This document shows positions 30,872-40,357 of a stretch of 64,000 nt of DNA, in pieces. Within the stretch, counting starts at the first letter, position 1. The number at the start of each line of letters is the position of its first letter. Source of the stretch: Synechococcales cyanobacterium VAR_4_metabat_354. GTDB lineage: Bacteria > Cyanobacteriota > Cyanobacteriia > Cyanobacteriales > Chamaesiphonaceae. Position numbers and translations under genes: made by a program. The notes beneath the pieces were generated by a model. That model saw only the letters and a list, made by a program, of their open reading frames with translations, searched no databases and had not been told where the DNA came from. The stretch covers positions 1-64,000 of the forward strand of contig JANOQI010000036.1 of NCBI GenBank assembly GCA_031414775.1. Reading direction: 5' to 3'.

Positions 30872-31813
30872 ATGAATAAGAAAATCAAACTCGGTATTGC
30901 TTTAACAGCAACGATTATTGGTGGTTTGGCAGTGGTAAATTATCAAAATATCCGTAACATGCTGCCAGTAGATTCAGCACTTGCCCAATCTCAAACACTC
31001 AAAATTGTCTTTCCTAGTCGATCGGGCACTACAGATCTCCAGAATAAAGCTAAAGCCGTAGCCAATTTTCTTAGTAAAGAATTACAGCAGCCGGTCGAAG
31101 CTGTGGTTGGCGATGACACCGCAGCGGTAGAAGCCTTGCGAGCCAATCAGGCTGATGTAGCTTTCTTGAGTAGCCGCCCCGCCCTTAAGGCTCAACAATT
31201 AGCTAATGCCCGGTTATATTTAGCAGAAGTGCGATCCACCTATTCTGGTGGACATACCTATAAATCAATCTTTGTAGTTCCCAAAAATAGCTCTCTCAAA
31301 TCTGGCACAGGGAAAGCCACTCTCAGTCAACTTAAGGGTAAGAGAATGGCCTTTACTTCTCCCACCTCTGGCTCCGGGTTCATTTTCCCAGTAGCTGAGT
31401 TAGTGAAACAGAAACTAGTGCCTGATCGCGATCGGCTAAATGGTTTTTTGGGACAGGTCAGTTATGGTGGCGGCTATGATAAAGCTCTACAAGCTGTATT
31501 GAGAGGTCAAGCCGATGTTGCCACTGTCTCCGAATACGCTTTAGGGTCTCCTTATATTACACCAGCGGAAGCAAGCAGTCTGCGAGTAATGTACAGCATT
31601 CCTGGTGTTCCGGCTCACGGAGTTGCGATCGATGACGACGTTCCAGTTGGCACTCGAAATAAGCTGATTGCCGCTATGCTGAAATTAAATCAACCAGCTA
31701 ATAACCAATTACTGCAATCTCTTTATAACTCCACCAAGCTAGTCAAAGTCGATCATGACCAGCACTTAAAGCCTATCCGGATGGCTCTTCAGAACGCTGG
31801 AATGCAACCATAA
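30872..31813 (+). CDS. phnD: PhnD/PtxB-family ABC substrate-binding protein
   Basis: Signal anchor; LKGKRMAFTSPTSGSGF; operon with phnC/phnE-like genes. Confidence 0.75.
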   Translation: MNKKIKLGIALTATIIGGLAVVNYQNIRNMLPVDSALAQSQTLKIVFPSRSGTTDLQNKAKAVANFLSKELQQPVEAVVGDDTAAVEALRANQADVAFLSSRPALKAQQLANARLYLAEVRSTYSGGHTYKSIFVVPKNSSLKSGTGKATLSQLKGKRMAFTSPTSGSGFIFPVAELVKQKLVPDRDRLNGFLGQVSYGGGYDKALQAVLRGQADVATVSEYALGSPYITPAEASSLRVMYSIPGVPAHGVAIDDDVPVGTRNKLIAAMLKLNQPANNQLLQSLYNSTKLVKVDHDQHLKPIRMALQNAGMQP

Positions 31814-31862
31814 TATTGTTGTTTAAAACCTAGATGGTGGGTAGTGCTCACCTTACACAATA

Positions 31863-32660
31863 GTGAGTAAATTAAATAGCGACATAGTTGCGGCTGGGAC
31901 TGAAACAGATGGACAAATAAACAAAAGTGATTTTGTCCCAGCCATTGTTTGTCAAGAAATCGTCAGCCGGGCAAAAATTGGGACTAGACCAGTCTTAGAC
32001 GGAATTGACTGCCAGATTAAACAGGGTGAATTTGTGGCCATTCTGGGTTTGAATGGTGCGGGTAAATCTAGTTTGTTACGGGCGATCGCCGGATTGTTGC
32101 CACTACAATCGGGGAATATTTTGATTAACGGTATTTCTTTGACACCACGTACTCTGACTCAAGCCCGTCAACACTTGGCGATGCTGTTTCAGGGTGGTGG
32201 CTTAATACCTCAGCTTTGCGCTCTCGATAACGTCTTGTGTGGAAAACTGGGAGCGTTTTCGGGATGGCAAACCCTGACTGGATTTCCGCCGAGTGAGCGG
32301 CGCACGGCCTTAGAATTACTCGATCGATTAGGGTTGGGAGAGTTTGCGAGTCAACCAACTCGTCAACTGAGTGGTGGCCAACAACAACGAGTGGCAATTG
32401 CCAGAGCCTTAATCCGATCGCCGCAAATTTTATTAGCTGACGAGCCAGTGACTGGTCTGGATATTGTGGCCATTCAACAGGTAATGAAAACTTTAGCTCA
32501 TCTGCATCAAGAGGGGATGACCATTGTTACTGTTTTGCACGATTTAGCTTTGGCTAGTACTTACGCCCAGACCGCCATTGTTGTCGATCGGGGTCGGGTA
32601 GTTTATCATGGTGGCACTCAGAATCTGAGTGCAGAATTTGAGCAATTAATTAAAAATTAA
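31863..32660 (+). CDS. phnC: PhnC-like ABC ATPase
   Basis: GLNGAGKS, LSGGQQQRVAIARAL, LADEP. Confidence 0.8.
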   Translation: MSKLNSDIVAAGTETDGQINKSDFVPAIVCQEIVSRAKIGTRPVLDGIDCQIKQGEFVAILGLNGAGKSSLLRAIAGLLPLQSGNILINGISLTPRTLTQARQHLAMLFQGGGLIPQLCALDNVLCGKLGAFSGWQTLTGFPPSERRTALELLDRLGLGEFASQPTRQLSGGQQQRVAIARALIRSPQILLADEPVTGLDIVAIQQVMKTLAHLHQEGMTIVTVLHDLALASTYAQTAIVVDRGRVVYHGGTQNLSAEFEQLIKN

Positions 32661-32691
32661 GTACTGAGGCAAATTAGATATCAAACGTAAT

Positions 32692-33444
32692 TTGACTGTC
32701 AGAATACTTATTTTCCTCGCGGTGATCGGTATTTATAGTTGGGCATGGAATGGCCTGAAGATTGACTTTCAATCTCTAAAAGATAGCGGTGGGTATATTA
32801 CCGACTTCATTTCTCGATTGTTTCCGCCAGATCTGTCGATTCTGGATGTTGCTGGGGAAAGACTACTCGAAACTATTCAAATGTCTCTGTGGGGAACGAC
32901 GATCGGGGCGATTATTTCACTGCCAATTGCTATATTGTCGGCGAGCAATTTAGCCCCTTGGTGGGTGAGGTGGCTGGCTAATTTTGTCCAGAATGCGGTG
33001 CGATCGATCCCCTCAATTATTTTGGGATTAATTTTTGTGGCTGCTACCGGTTTGGGCGCACCAGCTGGAACACTGGCGCTGGGAATTTATACGGTAGGCT
33101 ATTTAGGGAAGTTTTACCAAACTGCAATCGAGTCGGTCGATCGTTATTCGTTAGAAGCTTTGCAAGTTAGTGGCGCTTCCTGGTTGCAAATTGCCCAATA
33201 CGGAGTGATGCCTCAAGTATTGCCACTGTTCTTGGGTTACACCTTGTATATGTTTGAATATAATATTCGCGCTGCCTCGGTGCTGGGCGTCGTTGGTGCT
33301 GGCGGCATTGGCTTTGAATTGGTAAATTATATTCGGGGTTTTGAATATAATAAAGCAACGACTATGATGCTGGTGCTACTAGTAGTGGTGACGGTGATCG
33401 ATATATTGAGCAGTCAATTGCGCCGCCGCCTAGAACATCAATAA
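32692..33444 (+). CDS. phnE: PhnE-like ABC permease
   Basis: FEYNIRAASVLGVVGAGGIG. Confidence 0.85.
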   Translation: MTVRILIFLAVIGIYSWAWNGLKIDFQSLKDSGGYITDFISRLFPPDLSILDVAGERLLETIQMSLWGTTIGAIISLPIAILSASNLAPWWVRWLANFVQNAVRSIPSIILGLIFVAATGLGAPAGTLALGIYTVGYLGKFYQTAIESVDRYSLEALQVSGASWLQIAQYGVMPQVLPLFLGYTLYMFEYNIRAASVLGVVGAGGIGFELVNYIRGFEYNKATTMMLVLLVVVTVIDILSSQLRRRLEHQ

Positions 33445-33502
33445 GTCATAGGATACAATGAATAATACATTACAACTACATGTGTTCTAAGGACTCAATG
33501 AT

Positions 33503-34159
33503 ATGTTGACGACCTCTACCCAATATGATCGATCACTATCAACATTAGAATCAAACGAACAACGCACTGTCTTGCATCATATTAGCTGGCAATTGTTTGA
33601 GCAGCTTCTGACCGAAATTGGCGATGATCGTGCCATCCGATTGGCTTATTACCAAGGAATTCTCGAATTTACGACCCCGCTTTTTGCCCACGAACAGAGT
33701 AATCGTCTGATTGAGCGGGTAGTGAATACCTTAGTAGAAGAGCAAGGGATCGAGTGTACTCCGGCTGGTTCGATGACCATCAAACGTCCCGATCTAGTTG
33801 CCGGAAAAGAGCCTGATTCTTGCTTCTACATTCAAAATGAGCATCTGGTTCGGGATAAGGTGCGTTTGGATTTCAGTCAAGATCCCCCGCCAGACTTGGC
33901 GATCGAAGTAGATATTACACATAGTGCGATCGATCAATTACTGCTGTATGCCGCTTTGGGTGTCCCCGAACTTTGGTGCTACGATGGCCAGATTTTGACT
34001 TTTTATCAGCTAGTCGATGGTGCGTATATGGCAGTAGATCTATCGCCTACTTTTCCTGAGCTAGCCCCAGCCAGGGTTTTAGATTTTTTGGCAGAATGTC
34101 GATCGATTGGGGTGAGTAGTGCTGTTCGATCGTTGCGTCAGTGGATTCAAACGATGTAA
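33503..34159 (+). CDS. Uma2-family (DUF820) PD-(D/E)xK protein
   Basis: ISWQ.FE, EPDSCFY, PPDLAIEVD, YAALGVPELW. Confidence 0.9.
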   Translation: MLTTSTQYDRSLSTLESNEQRTVLHHISWQLFEQLLTEIGDDRAIRLAYYQGILEFTTPLFAHEQSNRLIERVVNTLVEEQGIECTPAGSMTIKRPDLVAGKEPDSCFYIQNEHLVRDKVRLDFSQDPPPDLAIEVDITHSAIDQLLLYAALGVPELWCYDGQILTFYQLVDGAYMAVDLSPTFPELAPARVLDFLAECRSIGVSSAVRSLRQWIQTM

Positions 34160-34250
34160 ATTATATTGCAGCAGGGTCTGAGAAACAAATGGTGATCACT
34201 AAAGCAAGCCTATTTTGAAGTGTAAAGTCATTCTCTGCCAAAAACGAAGA

Positions 34251-34871
34251 CTAACGATTTTGGCCGCGAGGAACAAACCGAATTTCAATTCGCCGCCTTG
34301 CATCGTCAGCAATAACATTCTGTGATGCTAGTTTTCCGGAGGGTAGGTATAGTTGAGCCGCAGAATATGCCCGAAATTTAACCTCGTCCAATTTTTTTGT
34401 TTGCTGCAAAAATTGGACAACTGCTATAGCCCTCATGAGTCCTAGATCAGCATTAGAACCAGCTTTTAAATCAGTGATTTTGCCTTTCCCTGTAGCTGCT
34501 GAGGTGAGTTTCCCATCGAGATTACTGGCATTGCTAATTCCCTGACTATCGGTGTGACCGATTACTTGGATAAAGTCGATATTATCTTTCTTTGTTGCGT
34601 TCTCAATTTCGGGTGCAATGTTAGTCTCTATATACTTTTTCAGATCTGGTGTTAAAGCAGCACTTCCTGATGGGAATTTGAAGTTTCCAGATTTTTCGTC
34701 AATGATGATTGGAGAAGCAGATTTTAGTTTTTGGCTTATGGATAGTGCTTGTACAATATTGACAAGTAGTAGGAAACTAACAATCATAAAAGCATTTGAC
34801 ATTAAATCAGTAAATGCCTGGAATACATTTAAGTCTTCTTCATGGTTATATCGATCAATTTGCCTGGACAT
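34251..34871 (-). CDS. ZorB/MotB-like protein (single TM + OmpA-like peptidoglycan-binding domain)
   Basis: ATG 34871; AFTDLMS with conserved Asp before TM; FPSGSA, VIGHTD, NADLGLMRA, RRRIEI. Confidence 0.82.
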   Translation of the reverse strand: MSRQIDRYNHEEDLNVFQAFTDLMSNAFMIVSFLLLVNIVQALSISQKLKSASPIIIDEKSGNFKFPSGSAALTPDLKKYIETNIAPEIENATKKDNIDFIQVIGHTDSQGISNASNLDGKLTSAATGKGKITDLKAGSNADLGLMRAIAVVQFLQQTKKLDEVKFRAYSAAQLYLPSGKLASQNVIADDARRRIEIRFVPRGQNR

Positions 34872-34893
34872 ATTAGTATTTATTTGAATTTCT

Positions 34894-37074
34894 TTAGTTT
34901 GAGGAGATGTTGAACATACTATTTTTATTTGATCCCAGCTCTGATTTGTCAAGTACTGTTATTAATTTTGTGAAATGCTCTCGATCTCTCAAGCTCATCT
35001 GTGCGAGATGTTCCTTCATTGCAGCGAGTAGCTGCTCGTGAAAAGATCGATCGGCTGTGATTTGCTGATTCAAGATTTTTTGTAACTCCTGCCAACTCGA
35101 TCGATTGACTTCTTTTAGATTTTGTACTAGAGATTGAGTGGTATTTAGTGCTGTTTGGTGCTGTCGATCAAAATTAGCTATAGTAGTCTTGGAAGATTCT
35201 GAAACTTGCAGAGTGTTTTTGCTCAGGTTAGCTACTTCGCCCCCAAACTGTTGAAGAGTGATGGCTGATCTATTAATAGCCGTGATTGCTGGTTCTAAGT
35301 TGGCTACCACTGGTTGGATCTGTTGAGCCGATCGGCTGAAAACATCTGTTGATTTGGCAAAATCAGTTTGAGCTGCTCTCCATATATTTAACCCAGCCTG
35401 AATCTGTTGAGATGATTGACTAAAAGCATCTGTTGATTTAGCAAATTCAGCTTGAGATGTTTGCCATGTATTCACTCCGGCCTGTACATGCGGTAATAAT
35501 TCCACTAAAGTTTGTGTTTGTCCTTCTAAAGATGTAGCTACTTTTTGAAAGAGAGTTGCCCCATTACTAATTGTTTCAGATGCTTTGTCAATCTTACTTG
35601 TAGAAGATTGCCATGTTTTGTATACAGATTGGGCTAACTCTGCTGCTGTTTTGTTACTGCTGGTAATACCTTCAAGTGATATTTCTAAAGTTTTAGTAGA
35701 ATTAGTAAAAGCCTGTTGACTGGTATTCAGCTCTGTTAAAACTCGATCAATATTATGAACGATGTTGTTATTCTCTACCTTGCTTGCACCAGAGACAAAA
35801 CTAGCTACTCCAGTCTGGAGATGGGGTACCAAGCCTGCCATGATCTGGGTTTGAGATTCCAGCAAATTAGCTGCTTGAGAAAAGGTCTTTGCCCCATTTT
35901 CTATAGTTCCAGATGCAGTACCAATTTGTATGATGGATGCATCCCAACTCTGATAAACTTTTTCTGCGAGTTGGGCAGCGTTCTGGTTACTACTAGTGAT
36001 TCCCTCAAGTGAGGTTTCTAAAGTTTTAGTAGAATTAGTAAAAGCCTGTTGGCTTGTGTTCAACTCGGCTAAAGTTCGATCGATATTTTGAACAATATTA
36101 TTTTGTTCAAGTCCATGAGCTGCTGCCTGAAAAGTATGTACACCCGTTTTAAATTCTTGGAGTGAATTGGTAAAAATTTGATTTTGAGCTTGAAGGGAGT
36201 TTGCTGCCAGCTCAAAGGTGGTTGCCCCGGTCGCTATAGTACCAGCTGCATTGGAAAAATTTGTGTACACATTTTCTGCAATCCGATTTATTTTGCTGCA
36301 TTCCGTAGCAATTTGATTTGCCGCCTTGCCGAAAGATGTCTCTAAAGCTCTACCTACGTTCTCATGGAATCTGAGCAAAAATTCTTCTTGTTGTTTAACC
36401 ATGCGATCGATCGCTGTGTCTAGTCGGGTATTTCCTTCAAAAGTTGGTTTGTAAATGTTGTCTAGATAGTCTTCCAAGCCAGCAACTAATTGATGCTTGG
36501 CGACACTTGTATTCCAGATGGTATTAAATATAGTTAGAAGCGAGCCAAATGATAGCCCAAATAGACTGGCTGAAAAGGCAACTCCCATATCCCGTAAAGC
36601 TGGCTGTAGTCCTTGAACTAGTTTTCCGATGTCAGGATTGCTGGTATCCAGGCTAGTTATGACGCTGGAGATATTAGTTAAGTTACTGGTGATCCCTAGG
36701 AAAGTACCAATTAGGCCAAAAGCAATTAGTAAATTCGGTAAAACCCTAGTGATGCTATCTGCCCGATCATATTGGACTTTAATCCCCAAATAAGATAGTT
36801 TTTCATCTTTGTATACACTATCGATGAGAGCGATCGTATTAACATGTTCTAATTTTTGACTGGCTTTTTGGTAACGACTTCTAAGCCGTTCGACAATTGG
36901 TGGTTGAATTCCGTCAGCATGATCACCTGATAATAATCGGGAGATGCGATCGTTCATTATCTGAAGCTTTCGGTGCAGTCTAAACCGCAAGAATCCTACT
37001 ATGATAGCTGGCATAATGACCAAAAATAAGATCGAAAGCTTAGTTTCGGAGGGTATTAATGTAAAAATTTGCAT
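34894..37074 (-). CDS. ZorA/MotA-like membrane protein with ~530-aa repetitive helical tail
   Basis: Three TMs incl. LPNLLIAFGLIGTFLGI and MGVAFSASLFG; long Ala/Gln/Ser/Thr-rich tail. Confidence 0.78.
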   Translation of the reverse strand: MQIFTLIPSETKLSILFLVIMPAIIVGFLRFRLHRKLQIMNDRISRLLSGDHADGIQPPIVERLRSRYQKASQKLEHVNTIALIDSVYKDEKLSYLGIKVQYDRADSITRVLPNLLIAFGLIGTFLGITSNLTNISSVITSLDTSNPDIGKLVQGLQPALRDMGVAFSASLFGLSFGSLLTIFNTIWNTSVAKHQLVAGLEDYLDNIYKPTFEGNTRLDTAIDRMVKQQEEFLLRFHENVGRALETSFGKAANQIATECSKINRIAENVYTNFSNAAGTIATGATTFELAANSLQAQNQIFTNSLQEFKTGVHTFQAAAHGLEQNNIVQNIDRTLAELNTSQQAFTNSTKTLETSLEGITSSNQNAAQLAEKVYQSWDASIIQIGTASGTIENGAKTFSQAANLLESQTQIMAGLVPHLQTGVASFVSGASKVENNNIVHNIDRVLTELNTSQQAFTNSTKTLEISLEGITSSNKTAAELAQSVYKTWQSSTSKIDKASETISNGATLFQKVATSLEGQTQTLVELLPHVQAGVNTWQTSQAEFAKSTDAFSQSSQQIQAGLNIWRAAQTDFAKSTDVFSRSAQQIQPVVANLEPAITAINRSAITLQQFGGEVANLSKNTLQVSESSKTTIANFDRQHQTALNTTQSLVQNLKEVNRSSWQELQKILNQQITADRSFHEQLLAAMKEHLAQMSLRDREHFTKLITVLDKSELGSNKNSMFNISSN

Positions 37075-37130
37075 TTGTTAACTATCAGGTTGTGTTAATG
37101 ACTAGGCTGCTATTTATGGAAATCTAGAGA

Positions 37131-40100
37131 TTATGAAGAACGAGCATCTACTACCTCTGCATCGATCGAATCTCCATCGTTAGTTAATTCACTAACTGGG
37201 CGTTGAGATTGTAAGGTTCTATTGTGGTTAATTGGATTGGCTTGAGCATCTTGTGCTAACTTATCTAAGTAGCTCCATAGCCGCTTCAAAACTCCATTTG
37301 TGGCTGGTCGATCGAGTGTCGCTTCTTCACCCAATACAATATTAATTTCAGGGTAGTTGGGGCTATTTTTAGAGAGCTTATCTACCTGTTGAATGAACGA
37401 TCGAAGTTGACTCAAATAGACTTCTGTCCATTTACTGGGATCGTTTTGAATCTCAGTGATGATACTATTGCGTCGATCTCTCAGGCTCTCAGCAACGCCA
37501 CTAGCTTTAGATATTTGCTCTAGGGCTTCACTCCAAATTAGACTGAGTTGAATCGAGCTACTTCGATCGCGGAAGTCATCATATACTTCGTACAAATAAC
37601 AATTATCCTGTTGCGTTAATATTCCGAAAGCCAAGCAAGCATAGAAAGCGTCTTGCATCTCTTCCATCCGTCGCGCATCAGGTGGAATAATTTCCGAGAA
37701 TATTTGTTGATAGTCATTATGAATTCGCGCTCTATTTTGGGAGCATTCGCGATCGTAATGTTCACGCATTCGATCGATCCCTTGGATTAACCGCAAGGGG
37801 AAAGCGGCATACTCATTGACGATTGTTATTTCACTATCATTTTGACTTGATTTAAGTACTGATTCGGCAATTCCAACATTTCTAGTTAGCAACTCTTGTA
37901 ATTGTTGACTGGCGCGATCATCGGTTTGTTTGAAGGCAATAATTTCAGATTTATTGCCACCATCATCAGAAAAATATCCATCTCTGGTTAATAATGGTAG
38001 TAGTGGCTGGGCTTCACTAATGATTTGTCGCATTCTTCGCTCGGCATTACCAGAAGCCAGTGGATATTTCTGAAGAAATCTTGCCATGACTGGTTGTAAT
38101 GAGCTAATCGCTTGAGTACCAAATAGTTTATCGATCGTGGCAGTAATATTAGTGCCTACCAATCTTTCATCGACATCGCGGGAGCCGACAAGGTAGTGAA
38201 TTGTCGATCCAGTTGATGTCTTTTCCTCATCAGTAACTCGAACTAAGAAGTACATTAATGACTGTTCGACGAATGTGAACTTCTCGGCGAGAATTTGTCC
38301 ACTGATATCAATGAGAATAGATTTCTCATTCTGTTCTGGTAGAAATTCCTGGTAGCAAATATTTGCATCTTCAGGGGAGAATAACGCTTCACCAGTAATT
38401 CCATCCGGATTCAGTCGTTCTAAGTCTTCACACCGCTTCTTGTAATTTAGCTCGACTGCGACTAATAATTGGTCGATCCAGCCAGCTTCTAGGATGAGCG
38501 ATCGAATAAAGCTCGATACTTCACTGGCAATGACTAACGCCGTTTTATAAAGCTGATAATCAAAGTTCTCCTGGATTAACTTTTTAGTGGTGGTGACAAT
38601 CTGTGTAGCTTCAATCTGAAAGTCTTTGTTTTTTTGCTTGTTATTATCTAATACGCCCAGAAAACCCTTTTTCTCCTCAATATCTTGCAATCGACGCTCG
38701 GCATTACGCCATTGAGTATCGAGATCTTCTTGACTAGATAAACCACCTTTGTTTTGGATATAATCTTCCAGCCCACGCTGATATTCATTAATATGTGTCA
38801 AGATCGCTTCGAGCCAACCACGGGCACTATTGAGTGAAAATTCGGGATGAGATGGTGTAAGTAGTTCACCAAAAAAGTGACCGATATCATTTCTAAGCAG
38901 ATTGCTAAGTTGTGGTTGAGTTTTTTGAATCCTGGTTAACCAAGCACCGCGAATATCATCAGTTTCTCCAGGCTGGACTTTCCGAAATTGGGCGCGGGTA
39001 TCGCTGCGGAGTCGTTGGAGTAATTGCGATCGATCATCCGATTTCTGCACCATTCCAATTTCTTGATCGATTTTGGTACCCCAAGCTTTCAGAGCTTGAG
39101 CGAATGTTTTCCCATTATCCTGAACCATTCCTTGTAGACGATGAGGGAATTCTCGATCGATGCTAGAGTCACCCCACTTCGACAAAAAGCGATTGAGTAA
39201 TAGCCCTGGGTCTGGACTTTGCCCAATTCCTCGGAGCCAAAAATTTACTAGTCGCCGACTAACATTAGTCAATGACATTTGCACAATTCGTTCTTGAGGC
39301 GAATAGATCTTGGCTAATCCAAACGTCAGATATCGTTGGACATTGCGGCGAGGATGGCTGTCTAAACGGGTGAGTTTATCGCGGAAATTATCCTTCTGGC
39401 TTTTAATTACCGAAGTCAATTCATCGCCAAAGTCGAGGAAAATTTTGTGAGCGACGACATTGCAGAGCTTGTTTTTATCCAGAATCCGATAATCTGTCGC
39501 CGTGCGATTAGACAACACATAAGTGAAATCAAACGGCGGACGATCTTCATCCACCGAAATTAACTGCTGAGGATCGTAACAGACTTTAAACCGCGTATTA
39601 CTAGCCGCATAATGGTTTAACTCCTTCAATGCTGCATAGACATTGGCATTCATGCTGGGAGTATCGCCATAAAGTTCTGGACTAATTACCCAGTAGCCGA
39701 CTAATTTATTCTCAATATCTCCATAAGCCTTTCGCAGTGCATACGCCACATCCAAAAACATCCCGCTGCCAGTACCACCACAGAGTGAGCCGGCGACAAA
39801 AATGTTTAAACCAGACTCCACACCAAATCCTTGACCCAGCATGGCTTGTTCGTGCCCTCTGGTGCGATTTTCAGCAGTCTCAAATGCAGCTTTAATTTTG
39901 CGATAATTATGGAAGAAAGATAGTCTCCCCACGGGGCGAATCCCCCCAGCACCATCTTCGATCGCTTTCACATTCCGAACCAATTGTGGTGGCAACCAGC
40001 TTCTAATATGATCGTAGGGACTTTGACGCTCGAATTCACCCTGCGACTCCAATCCACCGATCAATTGGTCGATTTCTTGACTGCTCATGGTAGCAATTAC

Positions 40101-40343
40101 CCGTTCAGCAGGTGTGAACAAAATATTCTCACCCCGATAGGTATTCCCCGTACTCAAACCGGAAATGTCACTCGCACCTTTATCGGCATCAATATGGACA
40201 AAACTCACGACTGGCAAGGCATCGAGTTTGCCATAGCGATCAATAATCAACCGCCGAATCTGCATCAAAATATCTCGACCGGTGCCGCCCAAGCCGATGC
40301 AAAGAGTTCTCTGAATAGTTCGTGATTCTGTGGTTGGAGACAT
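37131..40343 (-). CDS. Large tubulin/FtsZ-like GTPase (Tubulin_2/FtsZl1 type) with long helical C-terminal region
   Basis: IGLGGTG, GAGGIRPVGR, GSLCGGTGSG tubulin signature, NVYAALKEL. Confidence 0.85.
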   Translation of the reverse strand: MSPTTESRTIQRTLCIGLGGTGRDILMQIRRLIIDRYGKLDALPVVSFVHIDADKGASDISGLSTGNTYRGENILFTPAERVIATMSSQEIDQLIGGLESQGEFERQSPYDHIRSWLPPQLVRNVKAIEDGAGGIRPVGRLSFFHNYRKIKAAFETAENRTRGHEQAMLGQGFGVESGLNIFVAGSLCGGTGSGMFLDVAYALRKAYGDIENKLVGYWVISPELYGDTPSMNANVYAALKELNHYAASNTRFKVCYDPQQLISVDEDRPPFDFTYVLSNRTATDYRILDKNKLCNVVAHKIFLDFGDELTSVIKSQKDNFRDKLTRLDSHPRRNVQRYLTFGLAKIYSPQERIVQMSLTNVSRRLVNFWLRGIGQSPDPGLLLNRFLSKWGDSSIDREFPHRLQGMVQDNGKTFAQALKAWGTKIDQEIGMVQKSDDRSQLLQRLRSDTRAQFRKVQPGETDDIRGAWLTRIQKTQPQLSNLLRNDIGHFFGELLTPSHPEFSLNSARGWLEAILTHINEYQRGLEDYIQNKGGLSSQEDLDTQWRNAERRLQDIEEKKGFLGVLDNNKQKNKDFQIEATQIVTTTKKLIQENFDYQLYKTALVIASEVSSFIRSLILEAGWIDQLLVAVELNYKKRCEDLERLNPDGITGEALFSPEDANICYQEFLPEQNEKSILIDISGQILAEKFTFVEQSLMYFLVRVTDEEKTSTGSTIHYLVGSRDVDERLVGTNITATIDKLFGTQAISSLQPVMARFLQKYPLASGNAERRMRQIISEAQPLLPLLTRDGYFSDDGGNKSEIIAFKQTDDRASQQLQELLTRNVGIAESVLKSSQNDSEITIVNEYAAFPLRLIQGIDRMREHYDRECSQNRARIHNDYQQIFSEIIPPDARRMEEMQDAFYACLAFGILTQQDNCYLYEVYDDFRDRSSSIQLSLIWSEALEQISKASGVAESLRDRRNSIITEIQNDPSKWTEVYLSQLRSFIQQVDKLSKNSPNYPEINIVLGEEATLDRPATNGVLKRLWSYLDKLAQDAQANPINHNRTLQSQRPVSELTNDGDSIDAEVVDARSS

Positions 40344-40357
40344 GATAAATGGCCTGA

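Noticed and set aside
34251..37074. Flagellar MotAB or methyl-accepting chemotaxis protein
   Set aside because: Cyanobacteria lack flagella; no MCP hairpin motif (GE.GRGFAVVA); the OmpA-like partner and long tail fit ZorAB better
37131..40343. Cell-division ftsZ
   Set aside because: 1070 aa, no NxDFAD T7 loop, not in a division cluster
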